Origin: Massalongia carnosa
Lineage: Eukaryota
Direction: 5' to 3'
Length of the DNA: 64,000 nucleotides
NCBI GenBank assembly: GCA_965645245.1
Contig: OZ287087.1
Location: 558,001-622,000 of the forward strand
A program made the translations under genes and the position numbers. The notes beneath the pieces were generated by a model, which was given only the letters and a program-made list of their open reading frames with translations, was not told the DNA's origin and searched no databases. Shown one piece after another: positions 43,795-57,700 of the stretch (the first letter of the stretch is position 1; every line of letters starts with the position of its first letter).

Positions 43795-46700
43795 ATGGCG
43801 GACCAACGCGACTCCACAGACCCTAATACACCAGCAAGTATGACCAGCCCTTCCCCTCCTTCCTCTTCATCTTCTGGCCCCGATGGGCAGTAACGTATTA
43901 GCCACCCATTCGGGCCAGCCACCCAATCGGGCCACCCCTCAAAATCTAGTAGCCGAATATTAATCTTTTCCTTCCAATCCACCACCATCACTCCTTTATC
44001 GATAAACTATATATAAAATGCCTAAAAACATACCCGTACATGACTCTGCTACTAGATTACACTTGGCTATTGAAGAAATACGCAAAAACCCGGGCATTTC
44101 GCCGCGGGAGATAGCGCGCATTTACAGAGTTCCCCGATCGACCTTACAGGCCAGTTTTCAAGGCAGACGTGACGCAAAAACCTCCCATGAGGCCACTCAA
44201 AGACTATCAGTAGAAGAAGAACAGGGCTTGATCACGTGGATAGATCGGATGACTGCATGGGGTTGGCCACCTAGTATTCAACACCTTGAGGGCATGACCA
44301 AAAGTCTGCTGGAAGCAAAAGGGGACTCAAAACCCCTAGGACATCATTGGTATAAAACTATCATTGTCGGACCGTTCTTATTGATCTGGAAAATGATGTT
44401 CTCCTTGTCTATCTAAACTGGAAATTCTAGCTAGCTATATAGACCATTTCGCCACATTCTTTCATAATCTAGATATCTTCCAGCCACTTCTATTTACTAA
44501 TAGATCATTAGTGATCCGGAACCCATGCGAGGTACAATGCTTTGAAATCATTGAGTATTAGAAATCAGATCTATGGCATAGAAAGAAATAGCATCTGAAA
44601 GATCGAGGCCTCGGTTATTAGTCCGAAATCACGTGCTTTTCCTTCAACAGGATCTTACTTCGGGAATTGGCTTGAACCACGGTCTATTAATATCGACAAT
44701 CATGAATAGACATCCCCAATTCAAAACTAAATTTAAAAGAAACTTGGATCAATCCAGAAAAGACGCAAGTCATCCCTGTAACGGTTCGACCATGGGTGGT
44801 GCGGACGGCAGGACCTACAGCGAACATAGCAGGAGTCCCAGTTATAGTAGAATAGAGGTTGGTCTGCGGACTAAGTATTGTGCCTTTTGGTCGGGAGGAC
44901 AGGTGGCGCAATGGTAGAAATCTATTCACTATATCGCTTCGTCACAATCCCAAAATCCTGAAGGAATGGTTTGAACTGTACATGACCACCCGAGCAAAGT
45001 ATGGAGTCGCAGATGAAGATATTTACAATATGGATGAAAAGGGTTTTGCCATGGGCATTGCGGATAGTTCTAAAGTGATAGTCAAGAGGGAAACAACCTC
45101 ATCAATATCATGAATGCATGGCGGGGGGCAGGTCTTATTCCATACAATCCCGAGCATGTTTTAGGCAAACTGCCTAGATCTATCATTCCTTCACCTCGCA
45201 ACATCGTTACCACTACCCTCACAACGAACAAACGCATTTAGGTAGCTAGCGATGCTTTATTAACCCGTGTAACTCCATCTCTCCGCGCGCATGTTGAATT
45301 GCTTCAAACAACCGCATTGAATGCCGTGGCTGATAGAGTTATTCTACGGCATTTCAATCAGGAACTATTTGAAAAACAGCCTCAGCGACGCCAAAAGGCG
45401 TCTAGAAAGGGGTGTGATAAAGTGAGGGTGCTAACTGTGGGTGAGGAGCTGGCTAAGATCGAAGAGAAACAGCAAAAAGAGGAGGCATTAGCCAGAGAAA
45501 AGGAGCGATATCATGCTTTAAATGGTAAAGTGAAGTTCGCAAAGGCCGTCTGGAAAGAAATGCGTATGGATAGTGATATTTTTAGTTAATTTTGGGGATG
45601 GTAGAAGCATCGTGGTGATGTTGTTTTCCTTTTGGTGGAAGGGGATAGTTGGCCAGGATATTTTTGATGGGGTGGCCCGATTGGGTGGCTGGCCCGAATG
45701 GGTGGCTAATACGTTATACAAAAGCGGTAAGGAAAGGGGATATAAGGGTAGAGCCCAAGCTAGGTGCCGATAATTATTTAACCTGGGCGGAAGAGATGTG
45801 GATTCAGCTTAAATCTATGAGAGTCCTCAAGTTAGTAGAAGGAATAACCCCTCAACCAGATACAGTAACCCGACCAAAAGACTTTGACGAATGGGACCAC
45901 GATGATACCAACGCATTGAAATGGATACGGGCCAACTGTGAGAAAAGCCAATTGACTCACCTTCGAAACAAAACAACATCCAAAGCCGCCTGGGACGCTC
46001 TAAAGAAGGTCCATGGAGTCCACGCTAGAGGAAGAATCAACTATTTATTGAAGCGATTCTATACCTACAAGGCTGGATCCAGCGACTCCATCGATGATAT
46101 AGCAGGAGCCCTTGAGACCTTACGAGTCCAGATTGCAGACATAAAATCGGAGTTTGAGCCTCACGATGCGTTGATGGCCATAGCCCTGATGAGTGCCGTG
46201 GAGGACCCTGCATTTGATACAACAAAGCTTTTATTGGAACGGGAACCCGAGCTTACCTTGGAAGCAACTAAGGAGGCCTTGAAAGCGACGGAGCAGCGAC
46301 TAAAATTCGAAAAGGATGACTCTGTCGAGGATGCCCATCGAGCGGATGCAAAAAAGGGTAAAGGGCCACCAAAGAAGTGCGACCATTGCGGGAAACTTGG
46401 ACATATCCGAATCTATTGCTGGAGCTGGCTCGATGACACCGACGAAGGCCAGGAATGGGAACGCACCCATCCTGAGCAACGGAGGAAACCGAAGTCCAAA
46501 TCCGAAACATCAAAACCTGTACCCAAATTGAAATCACAGAGTACCACTAGGCCTACCTCCACGAGCAATACCACTTCTTCCAACTTCAGTGGCCGAAGCA
46601 AAGGCACTGCCCGGCCGGCCAATGAAGAGGACTTTGACGATGGTGCCAGTGAGGATGAGGGGTGGATGGCCGTGGATATAAAAGAGGAGGTTATTGATGA

Positions 46701-49700
46701 GAAAGTTGAAAAATTAGAAGAAATTTTTGAAGTCCGTGAAGGTGCAGAGGATAAAACTAGTGGGTGGATGCTAGACTCTGGTGCTTCACGTCATATGACC
46801 TATATGCGAAATATCTTCACGAAATTCGAATACCACCGCACCCCAATTCGAATTGCTAATGGCCAGAGGCTTTGGAGCAAGGGTAAGGGTGATATTTCTG
46901 TGGATATCGATGGTGTTGCCATTCGCATGACCGACGTTTTATACGTACCCCAACTGGATGCAAATCTACTGTCTATTTCGGCATTAAACAAAAAGGGGTT
47001 AAATGTCTTGTTTCATGGAGAAGGTGTGGAGATCCTGCGGAAGGGTACCTCAGTGGCCAGCGGTTTTCTTAGAGGACGTACGTATTTCTTGCGGACCTCT
47101 CAGGTTGCCTTACAGGCATTCGCGGAAATCAGCGAAAATATCGAGGAAGCCAACCCCGAAGATCCTAAATCGTCGAACAAGCCTACAATAACAGCAAGAG
47201 ATTGCACGCGAGAAAAATCGGTATCACCTGTAGGTCAAGAAAGGCCAGAAGAGCGTGAATACAAGCTGTGGCACGCCCGAATGGGTCACCCCAGCCCAAA
47301 ACGACTCCAGGATTTACACCGCTATGCGTCTGGAATAACTTCCTTTTCACCAACTGTTACACAACTTTCATGTTCTATCTGCAACTTTACCAATTTAACT
47401 CGAGTGGTCAGTCACGAGCCGTTTTCGAAAACAGTCCGGCCATTGGCCAGGATTCACACGGATATCTGGGGCCCCTATCGTACGGCTAGCCTCGGAGGCC
47501 ATTCGTACTTTATTTCATTGATTGATGACTTTACACGGAAGTCCTGGCTAATTCTCCTTAAAAACCGACGAACCATTTATGGAGCTATCAAAGAATGGAT
47601 CGATGTCGTTGAAAGAGAAAAGAATCAGCAGGTAATAAAATTCCGATGCGACAATGCTAAGGAGTACAAGAAATCCATGGAACTTATTCGACCCGATGGC
47701 ATTCGCGCTGAACCCACTACACCGTATACTCCAGAACAGAATGGAGTTGCGGAACGATATAACCGAACAATCGTTCAAATGATTAGGTCCATGCTCGTAT
47801 GGGCGAAATTGCCTCATTCCTTCTGGGGAGAAGCAGCAATGACTGCTAACTATCTCAGAAACCTCCTTCCTACCGCCAAAGTTAACCAGTCACCCGAAGA
47901 AAAATGGACGGAGCAAAAACCGGACATCAGCCATCTACGCACCTTTGGCTGCTTGGTTCACGTTTATATCCCGAAGGAAAATCGATCCAAGCTGGATAAA
48001 GTATCCTGGCAAGGAATTTTCGTCGGATATCGCTCTTCAAACCAATATCGCATTTATAATCCAAAAACGAGCAAGGTAGAATGGCATACTTCAATTAAGT
48101 TCCTAGAAAATATACCCGGCGGGATCATTCTAGGAGGAGCAAAACCAAATGAGGATCGCGAGTCATTCGTACAGTCCGGCATCACTAATGATGCTGACGA
48201 AAATAGTACAGATAACGAGGATGACACAAATAAACCTGATTCTGATCAAGTGGGAGCGCCTGAGGGTGTTCAAAATCAGGTTAGAGACGAAAATTCAGGA
48301 GGGGATTCAGGATTAAATCCTGAAAATCAGCAAGTTATCACTGATTCATCCCCTAATGCTTATCAGCGACCAGATGGTTCAACATTCCGGTCGCAAAATC
48401 ATAATCGAAACTCTTCCACCCCTACGAACCCTTCCACTTCCGTATCTTCATCAACCATCAAGTCTTCTTCTTCCACTATACAAACCTCTGCTAATAAGCC
48501 TACTCGTCGATCAACGCGGGAACGAAAGCCATTCGATAAGTACGGCTTCGATAAAGCACACGGGCATATAGCTCGGAAAGCAGACATGGACGCAAACCTA
48601 GACCAGAGTGGTCACAAGCAAGTTTATCAAACCCCCAAGCTATCCGAACCCCGCTCCTATAAAGAAGCCATCAAATGCATTGACTGGCGTAAATGGCTAA
48701 TAGCAATAGACGAGGAGCTTTGTGCCCTCATTGCTAATGGCACATGGGAGTATTGTAAGCGGCCGCATGGCAGAAATATCGTGACGTCCAAATGGGTATT
48801 CAAGATAAAATACACGGTCAACAATTTCATAGACCGCTACAAGGCCCGCCTAGTTGTACGAGGATATACACAAATATTCGGCCTAGATTACGAGGAGACC
48901 TTTTCACCCACACTCCGTCAGGAATCTTTGCGGATGCTTTTGTCGCTCGCAGCATATTTCGGGGTTGAAATCGAGCAAATGGATGTTCCGAATGCCTATC
49001 TTAAAGCGGATCTAGAAGAAATTATTTACATGGAGATGCCCGAAGGCCTCACGCCACCACCAGGCTATGAAGACTGCGTATTACGACTACGGAAGGGCCT
49101 TTACGGATTGAAGCAATCCGGACGAGCGTGGAACGAAAGAATATCTAAATTCCTGCGTTCTATTTGCTATAAGACCCTCACAGGCGATAATTGCGTCTTC
49201 GTCAACCAAACCTCGCACGTAATCATCGCGTTGTACGTAGATGATTTACTACTTTTCTCAAAGAGCAAGACAGCGATCAAAGATGTCAAAGAGCTATTAA
49301 ATCGTGAGTACAAAATGAAAGACCTAGGGCCAGCACAGTACGTGTTGGGTATTCGCATTCGACGTGAAGGAAAACGGGTTTTCCTCGATCAATCCAACTA
49401 CATCAAGAACTTCCTTCGCGATTACCAGATGGATAACGCCAATCCAGTACTAACACCATTAGACGGGAAAGAAAGCCTTACACCTGCAACGGCTGACGAG
49501 CCCAGAACCAATCAATTAGAATATCAGAAGCGTATTGGCAGTGTCATGTACGCTATGGTAAGCACGAGGCCAGACCTCACTTTTGCAGTTGGAAAACTCA
49601 GTCAGTACACGCATGATCCAGCCACGAGGCACCGAACAGCCCTTGACCGAGTCTTCAAATATCTCAAAGGGACAGCCGACCTAGCCCTCGTATACGACCA

Positions 49701-50193
49701 TAACCGTAACGGTGATCTCTTTAGCTTTGCGGATGCCGCATACGGCGATGACGTCAATGACCGCAAGTCAACCTACGGGCATACAATGTTATTGGGCAAT
49801 GGGGCAGTGATTTGGGCAAGCAAGAAGCAACGATCAGTGGTTACGTCAACAATGGAGGCAGAATATTCATCCATGTGCCAAGCAGGCAAGGATATCGTAT
49901 GGGTGACAAGGTGGATGAATGAATTGGGATTTGGCAAGCATATGAACTTCCCGATCAAGCTGAACGGTGATAATCAGGGAACCCTCGACTTGATCAGAAA
50001 CCCCGAGCATCATAGCCGATCAAATCACTTAGATATCCAACTCCACTACCTTCGCGAAGTCATCAACGATGGCTATGCTTCAACTGGTCACGTATCCACA
50101 CACGAGATGATAGCTGATATATTCACCAAGCCCTTTGGAGCAACCATGTTCAAAGAACTACGAGCCAAGCTTGGTGTGCAAGAGGTGGAATAA
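43795..50193 (+). CDS. Copia gag-pol polyprotein; restored in frame when 43893-45716 is removed
   Basis: MADQRD..GQ|YTKAVRK joins in frame; CDHCGKLGH, LDSGASRHM, HTDIWGP, EQNGVAER, YVDD, FADA, DNQG, IADIFTK. Confidence 0.9.
44365..44698. mobile_element. Solo LTR (334 bp), 5-bp TSD ATCAT
   Basis: TG...CA ends; removal restores the pogo frame WYKTIMNRHPQFK. Confidence 0.88.
44777..44946. mobile_element. Solo LTR (170 bp), 5-bp TSD ATCCC
   Basis: TGTAAC...GTCACA ends; removal restores ASHPKILKEWF. Confidence 0.88.
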
Positions 50194-50581
50194 GAAAAGG
50201 GGAACACAGGCTCAGTGGGAGCTAATGGACCAAATCAGATTGCACACAACAGGTCCAAACCAAATTCAAATTGCATACGGAAGAGGTGAATTGACATAGA
50301 TTGATAAACGGTTTAGGTGTTAGGGATACAGGTATTTTTTCTGTTAAAATTTCTCAGCTGACTTTGCAGTGGGAGTGTTGCGAATGCCAAGCCAGCTAGA
50401 TCATATCTGACGTAATGTGCGAATGCCCTCGCGTATTTTACTGATAAGGGAATAGTTACATCTGAGAATTTCTGGTATCTTCGATGCTTAGAAATTCAGG
50501 TCTATCCCTTCGTCTGGCAATTTGGCAGCCATTTAGGTAATATTCAATTTTACACGCGCCTTCTCCGGGTAATGACTAATA

Positions 50582-52509
50582 ATCGTGCCAAAACACTAAA
50601 CCCCAACCGAGTCAGGGTCTAGTGCCCGACGGTCTACTGACGCATACAGTCTACTGACGCACTTTTCCCATTTTCACTACCATTTCTGCTACAAATCGAG
50701 GACAACAACGGTTATGCAGAAACTGATTGATTATGACGCTGGTAAAATAGCTTCGCTTGTCTGGGTATCGATCTGGCGATTCTTTTATACCTTTTGTCCA
50801 GGGCAATCTGCTTCTTTTCAGCAGCTAGTGTGGCACGTTCATAGGCCAGTCTGGTCTTTTCCACCTCGTTCTGACAACGTTTCGAGGTTTTGGCCCGTAC
50901 ATCTCCTACAGTTATGACCCCTCCCTTCTGGGCGACCTTACCATCCAATTTTCTACGGGCCGCCTTCGCGATGGACTGTTGTTGACTGGCTCGAAGGTCC
51001 CGCTCAATAATCTGACGTGCATGCGCATTGGAAATAGAGCCCTTCACAAATCGATTCACATGACAATCCCATTCATTGTCCAGCACGTTGTATTTCTTCA
51101 AACTTATTCGAAGGTGTAAGCCATATTCAACCACCTCTTTAGTCGTACGGGGCGTTCTGGCGAGCAGAGGGGCTGACAAAGGTGGGGGCGGGGTAGCAGG
51201 TCTCCGAGTTTGAATTTCCTCCAGCTTTCGAATTACCACATTGGGGTTATAAGGCACCAGACCCGTGTTTCTGAATGACGATAATATGGTAGATGAGGTG
51301 AATGTTTGATTTCGCATGCGCTGAAAAATGGACAAAAAATCCAGTTTGTCGAAATCTGCCCCTCCGAGTCGCACCATCTCGTCAATGCCTTCGGAATAAT
51401 AATGTTTGAACGGCTGAAAACATCCTACATCCAATGGCTGAGTGAGATGTGTTGAATGAGGAGGCAAACGAAACAATTCAATGTGATTTCGTTTGGCATA
51501 TGTAAAAAACTCATATGTCATATGAGATCCATACCCGTCCATGATCAACATACGCCAGGCCCCTACCTGACCCTTTTGACTGTGTTTATCGAAATGTTTC
51601 AACCAATCAATAGCCAAATCATCATTGGAATAGCCGGTAGGACTAGTAGTCAACAAAACATCGTCATTCAGATCGTTTTGTTGTGTCCACTTTTCGAGAA
51701 TCAAAACCCCCGCTATAATCACCATGGGGGGAATGTTTCGCCCCCCAGCACTAATACACTCACACGAGGTGACATATTCTCTATTATCTGGATCTGTCAA
51801 TAGCAAGGGCTTTCTGGAGTGAGTTGATATAACCCAATGAGCCCTGTCACAGCCAATTCGAAAGCCCATTTCATCCATGTTCCAAACGTCCTCGTCCGCT
51901 ATTCCCCGCGTCTTTCGCGCAGTTCGATATACTTCAAAATACTCGAGCCTGTCCTTTGCATTGTGCGCGTGTTTTCGCTGAGCGGCCAGAGGTTTGTGTT
52001 TTCGCTTGAAAAATTGAGGATGACGATTGAGGAAACGTTTGGTCCAGGCCTCGCTGACGTGAGGGGGGGGGATGGAGGCGTCTAAATGAGCTTCTCGAAG
52101 TAGATAATTAGCAGCCCCCCGAACCATTGAAAACCTGGCTGATTGTTCGGCTTGATCGAGCATCACAATATATTCACAAAGGGCCAATTCTTGTTCATCA
52201 GATAAAGCCTTGTTGGGGCCAGATCGACCGATGCGCGAACCCCCTCCAGCAAGTCGTCTTTGAAGCGTACGAATGTCGGCATCGAAATCAAATGGCTACT
52301 GCGCGTATACTTCGAAATTCACCCGTGTTCCACGCGTTTATAGCATCGACAATTTGATCCTCCTTATTAGAATATGAGTTAGGCATGGTGGTGGTAGATG
52401 AACGACGTGGTGAAAATGGTAGTGAAAAGTGCGTCAGTAGACTGTATGCGTCAGTAGACCGTCGGGCACTAGACCCTGACTCGGTTGGGGTTTAGTGTTT
52501 TGGCACGAT
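50582..52509 (-). mobile_element. Fot1/pogo element nested in the piggyBac, ~86-bp TIRs, TA TSD
   Basis: ATCGTGCCAAAACAC...CTGACGCACTTTTC inverted at both ends; TA at 50580-81 and 52510-11. Confidence 0.92.
50712..52386 (-). pseudogene. pogo/Fot1 DDE transposase, frameshifted in the 5' part
   Basis: WNMDEMGF, LIMDGYGSH, QPLDVGCF in ORF 50712-52187; the ATG at 52386 runs into a TGA near 52290. Confidence 0.85.
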
Positions 52510-52576
52510 TAACTTTAATCTGGCCAATCAGATTTTCCCTTTTCAACGATAATAGGTACAACACCTCAATCACCCC

Positions 52577-54419
52577 TCATGATCTATGTAAAATTTCCCA
52601 ACATGCCTCCTTTTTGCAACATGGTCCACAGCTCTTACATTGCCATCTGGTCTGACTTGCACGTCGTCTTTTGGTGCAATTTTCATCAATTTCCGCAAGT
52701 GGTCGGCGTCGTTTGAGTCTTGGCACTTGCCTTTTGCAGGCCAAACAATAGTCCTTCTTATTCAAATGCTCCCATTTGCAAGTTGACTCGACGTCTTTAT
52801 TAACGTCTTGATTAGTAGTAACTATGACATCTGTCGGACGTTTCCGTAGGGCACCGGCTTGATTGGATAGTAGGGCATTTACTATTTCTTTTTGAAAGTC
52901 CAAATGGCTGAGTGTTGAATTCGGATACAGAATTCTCCACAATTTGAAGGCATTTAGAACGGCTGCATCCAGAAGAAAGATGAAAATTGACTACCAGTAG
53001 CGACAATCAGATCTTTGAGGTGAATAATATGCTCTTTGCTGAGCATTCCCATCTGACCCGTCCATGTGCTGGTTATATACCACGATGGGCATGGGAAATG
53101 GAAGCTTTTCTTCTTCATCATCAACGATGACTCTGGAATTTGCAGGAATTCCACGACGTCGACGGGAATTCTTGTAGAAAGAAGTCTTCAAATCCTCAAT
53201 TGTATGAACCGTGGTCATGAATTGCACGGTGTTTAAATCCACCCATGCCATACACAGAATGTCCCCGTCATCAATGTCTGATTTTTTACTTTTATTTGCA
53301 GGTACCGTCATCAATGCCTTCTTTCCCCAGTTCTTATTCTTGGTGGCTGCAACCCTCAGACGTAGAAGATCAACAGGAAAACCGCATCCAGATTTAGCCG
53401 TCCCACAGGCACCAATTCCAATGGTTTTCAGAGGTTTGAATAGCTTCGTATTTGTGAAGAAGTTGTCCAGAAAGATGACGTATTTCAAGCCTTCATCAGA
53501 CGGTAAACTTCGAGCCAGTTGAATGACGACTAGGGAGGAAGGAGACAAATCCCATTTGGTTGTCGGAAATTTCAATTGTCCTGGCGTTTTTAACTCACTA
53601 ATTTTGGACACCTGTCTTGCAATTAGTACGATGCAAATTGAGACCTTTTCTACTCACCTTGGAGGTAAATAAGAAGTCAAAAAGATAATTTTCCTGACAT
53701 AAACTATAGATTTTGAAGCCTACACCAGCCGCCTTGGTGGCTATTTGCATAGTATGGCAGCTCCTACCCCTGAATAAAATCAATTGCTCGTCAACTGACA
53801 CATAACTTCCAGGAATCCAGTATTTCTTTAATGCTTTTCGAAAGTCTGTGGCCAATGGTTCCAGCTTTTTCCACCAATCAGGGCCTCGAGTATCAATGAT
53901 CTCATTTTCGTCGGGGTTGGATATCTTCAAAACTCGCTTGAGTTGCTCCCATCTTCGAAGACTCATGGCTTGAATCACCATGTCATGTATGGCAAATTTA
54001 GGAGACGTGTTCCAATAGTCAGTAAGACGTGGCATCAGTGTATACCCCATATATAACAGAATTCCCAGAAAAGCTCCTACTTCAGAAGAAGAGGTGTCAT
54101 GCCATTGACGTCTCTTGATGTCGTTTAGGGCATACTTCTTTTTCACTTTAAGATTGGTGTTTTTAGCTATGATTTCAAGCATTTCAAAGCTAAAGAAGAG
54201 GCAGAATAAACTGAAAGGAGTCTGATTTATCAAGCGCAACGTCTCGTCCGGCTGTGGTTTTCGAAATGGGATCGAAATTGGACAATAATTTGATGACGGA
54301 GGGGGCATGGAGTCAATTATGCTTTGTACGCTGGGTTTATTCTTTTTGGCCTGTTCTTTCAGAATTGAGGGGGGCAAAGCGTCTGATTGGTCAGGAACTT
54401 CTATCTCAATGCCTCTCAT
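52577..54419 (-). pseudogene. piggyBac transposase (one intron, premature TAG at ~52991)
   Basis: VSVDEQL, FLDNFFT, YNQHMDGSD; C-terminal Cys-rich CLAC..CKSC..CC..CWEILH. Confidence 0.87.
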
Positions 54420-54724
54420 GATTATTCTAAAGAAATTGTAGATGTTTTAATGATTTTCAACTGATGTTTACCTTCTTATTTACAAAAAAAGGGGAGAATG
54501 TTTTGAAGTTCGCGACTCAGCCCTACGGTATCTCACTAAGCCTATTTAAGGTGGCTGCCAAATTGCCAGACGAAGGGATAATGCTTGAGAGTTATCCCAA
54601 GTGCGCTTGGGGGGATGCGGCTGTTGATTCGTGCGCTGGTGCAGTGCGATACGAGGGCACGGATATACAAATAGAGGTAGCTACCTAAAACAAAATTGAT
54701 CTTTTGATAATTTAGGTCGCTACA

Positions 54725-57700
54725 ATGATGTGCAGCAGAGACACAGTAAAGGCCTCAGGTCTTAATATTTGGGTCAGTGGCGAGCAAGACTGTAACGGAC
54801 CCGAAGTAGAGTAAGACAAACGATTCTTCATTGAGTCGCAGCATCACTGACAAGCGTTTAAGCGTTATTGCAGTTCAAGGTCTCGGTGCTGATCCATATT
54901 ACACATGGGTCTCGAGGCCAAATTCTGCGAAGCAACCGAAGTCTAGAAAAGCTCATCGATTCAAGTTCTTAAAAAGCCGTGCTCAGACTGACAAACATCC
55001 CGATGCCGCTCAAACGACATCCGACAATGCTGAAGTCATGTGGCTTCGAGACTTGCTGCCGAACTTCGCTTCAAATGCTCGAGTTGCGACATACAGTTAC
55101 GAGTCAGACTGGCGAAGAGCAGACATCAAAACAAGTCTCCGCAAATGTGGGGAGCAGTTTCTTAATGTTCTTTATCAGAATCGGTCAAGTGAAAAGGTTA
55201 GTAAAGCGATCGCTCATTTGTCCTTCCTAATAGTCTATATAGCAACGTCGTCGACCCTTGATTTTTATTGGGCATAGCCTTGGAGGTTTAGTTATTAAAC
55301 AGGTCGGTCTAGCTTGACACTAAGTTTTTTTAAGTACTAAGGTCCTCTTCATAGGCTCTAGTATTAGCCAATCATGCTGAAGATTTTAGAGATATTAAAC
55401 TATCCACGACTGGGATCATCTTTCTTGGAACGCCACATCAAGGAAGTGACGCTGCAGTATATGGTACATGGCTTGCTCAAGCAGTAGGACATGATAAGAC
55501 GTTATTAGAGTCTTTGAAAAAAAACAGCCCTACTCTTCATGATGTAGCGCGAGACTTCGAAACAAGTTACGTCAATGTTGATATCGTTTGCTTTTATGAA
55601 GACAAGAAAGGGTCATATGGACCTTGGCAAACTCAGGTCTCATAATCTCTGTCTTCATGCTCAACTGGGATGAAAGCTTATGACTCATAGTTCGTTGATT
55701 ATCAGTCAGCTTCTTTGCTTAGCAAAAGGACCATATACCTCACTACGGATCACTCGGGGTTGAACAAATTCAATGACCCTGAAGATGAAAATTTTCTCTT
55801 GATAAAGCCAGAGGTTCAGAGAATGATTCAGAATGCGTCTCAAAGAGTCGAGGAACAGTATCACCGTAGGATTCATCTTTCTTACTTTAGACTTCACGTT
55901 TTTCAAGGCTTCTCTGACCTTTTATCAGCACGTGTTGAAAGCAGCGAAAAAAAACCGTTTCATGTTGAATTCAGTCTTCAGGGCATTCCTGTGATGAATC
56001 ATTTTGTAGCTCGAGACGCAGAGATGACTCGATTGACTCAGATTTTACTTCCCACTACCATAGATTCAATGCGTCGCAAAGTATTCATTCTTCACGGACT
56101 TGGCGGGATTGGAAAGACTCAGCTCTCCGTTGAATTCGCTCGACAACAACACAAGAACTACACCGTAGTCTTTTGGGTCGACGGCTCGACTAAGGAGAGA
56201 CTGAAGCGAAGCATTGCTGACCTTGCCGGTCGACTACCACAGCATCAGATATCTGAAAATAGCAGAAATTATTCACAGGAGAAAAGCACGAAGACGAACA
56301 CGGATGTGGATGAAATCGTTAAGGATGTGCTCAATTGGTTATCACAGTCATCAAATGATCAATGGCTGCAAATTTTTGACAACGTGGATCGAGAGTTTTT
56401 CGGATCAATTGAAGATCCGGAAGCCTTCAATGTTCAAGACTTTTTCCCAACGGCAGATCAAGGATCTATCCTTATCACCTCTCGACTAGCCAGTTTACGG
56501 CATTTGGGTACGGATATGAAAGTGAAACCGGTCAATCAATTGCAAGGAGAAAGTATTCTCGAGAATTGTCTTGGACAATCCATGCAAGGTCAGTGCAATA
56601 AGAAGCATACTTGCTCAGGCATTATCTGACATCTGAGACTTATTAGGATTATTCGAGATTGTCAATCTACTTCAAGGCCTCCCTCTAGCGATTAATCAAG
56701 CCGGCTCATACATGCGAAAAACTGGCACAAACGTGTTTGAATACATTAAGTTATATAATCACACATGGGAAAAATTGATGAAAAAACAGCAAAACCTCAC
56801 AATTCAAGCAGGTGCAGATCGCAGTATTTTTACAACATGGATGTTATCTTTCAAACATCTTCAGGAGCAAAGTAAGGACGCAGCGAACATTTTAATGCTG
56901 TGGGCGTTTCTTGACAATCAAGATCTCTGGTATGAGCTCTTTGTATCAGCGCTAGATCTTGATATTGTCAACGAGATGCCTGATTGGTATATCAGATGTG
57001 CAGGCGATGAATTTGAATTTAAAGAATGCATAGGATTACTTTTGAAATATTCCTTCATCGATGCAAAAACTGAATCATCTTCCTTCTTTATGCATCCTGT
57101 GCTTCATCAATGGTCACTTCACGCATTTGAAAAAGAGAAGACTGATATGAGCTGGCTTGCCATGATTATTGTCGCATCCGCTGTGCCGTTAAAGACTGTG
57201 CCTAATTATTCCTTCACATCGAGACGTCTTCTGCCACATTGCGATCGTGTATTCCCATTACTGAAGCATCGCATACAAGAAAGCTCTGTTAACGAGATAT
57301 ATCCTTTATCTCTTAGCAACGCATGTCATGAATTTGGTCGTCTGTACTCCGATCAAGGCAAGATGAAAGAAGCCGAAGAAATGTATCTGCGGGCACTGAC
57401 AGGCTACGAAAAGGCCTGGGGCGTCGAGCACACGTCGACTCTCGGCACCGTCAACAATTTAGGAAATCTGTACAAGGATCAAGGCAAGATGAAAGAAGCC
57501 GAAGAAATGTATCTGCGGGCACTGACAGGCTACGAAAAGGCCTGGGGCGTCGAGCACACGTCGACGCTCGGCACAGTCAACAATTTAGGAGAACTGTACA
57601 GGAATCAAGGCAAGATGAAAAAAGCCGAAGAAATGTATCTGCGGGCACTGACAGGCTGCGAAAAGGCCCGGGGCGTCGAGCACACGTCGACGCTCGACAC

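Larger units (their letters stand above)
43893..45714 (+). mobile_element. Fot1/pogo-type Tc1-mariner element, internally deleted, TA TSD
   Basis: ~46-bp TIRs ACGTATTAGCCACCCATTCGGGCC...; TA on both sides; HTH + CENP-B-like HTH, YNMDEKGF, then a jump to AGLIPYNP (DDE core missing). Confidence 0.92.
43398..50505 (+). mobile_element. Ty1/Copia LTR retrotransposon; gag interrupted by pogo, 3' LTR truncated by piggyBac
   Basis: 5' LTR 43398-43720 (TG..CA) followed by PBS GGTTATGAGCCC; 3' LTR from 50376 matches the 5' LTR up to 50505. Confidence 0.93.
50506..54577 (-). mobile_element. piggyBac-family DNA transposon
   Basis: 26-bp TIR CCCTTCGTCTGGCAATTTGGCAGCCA at both ends; piggyBac-type transposase inside; flanks are CTAT and ATAA, not TTAA. 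Confidence 0.9.
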
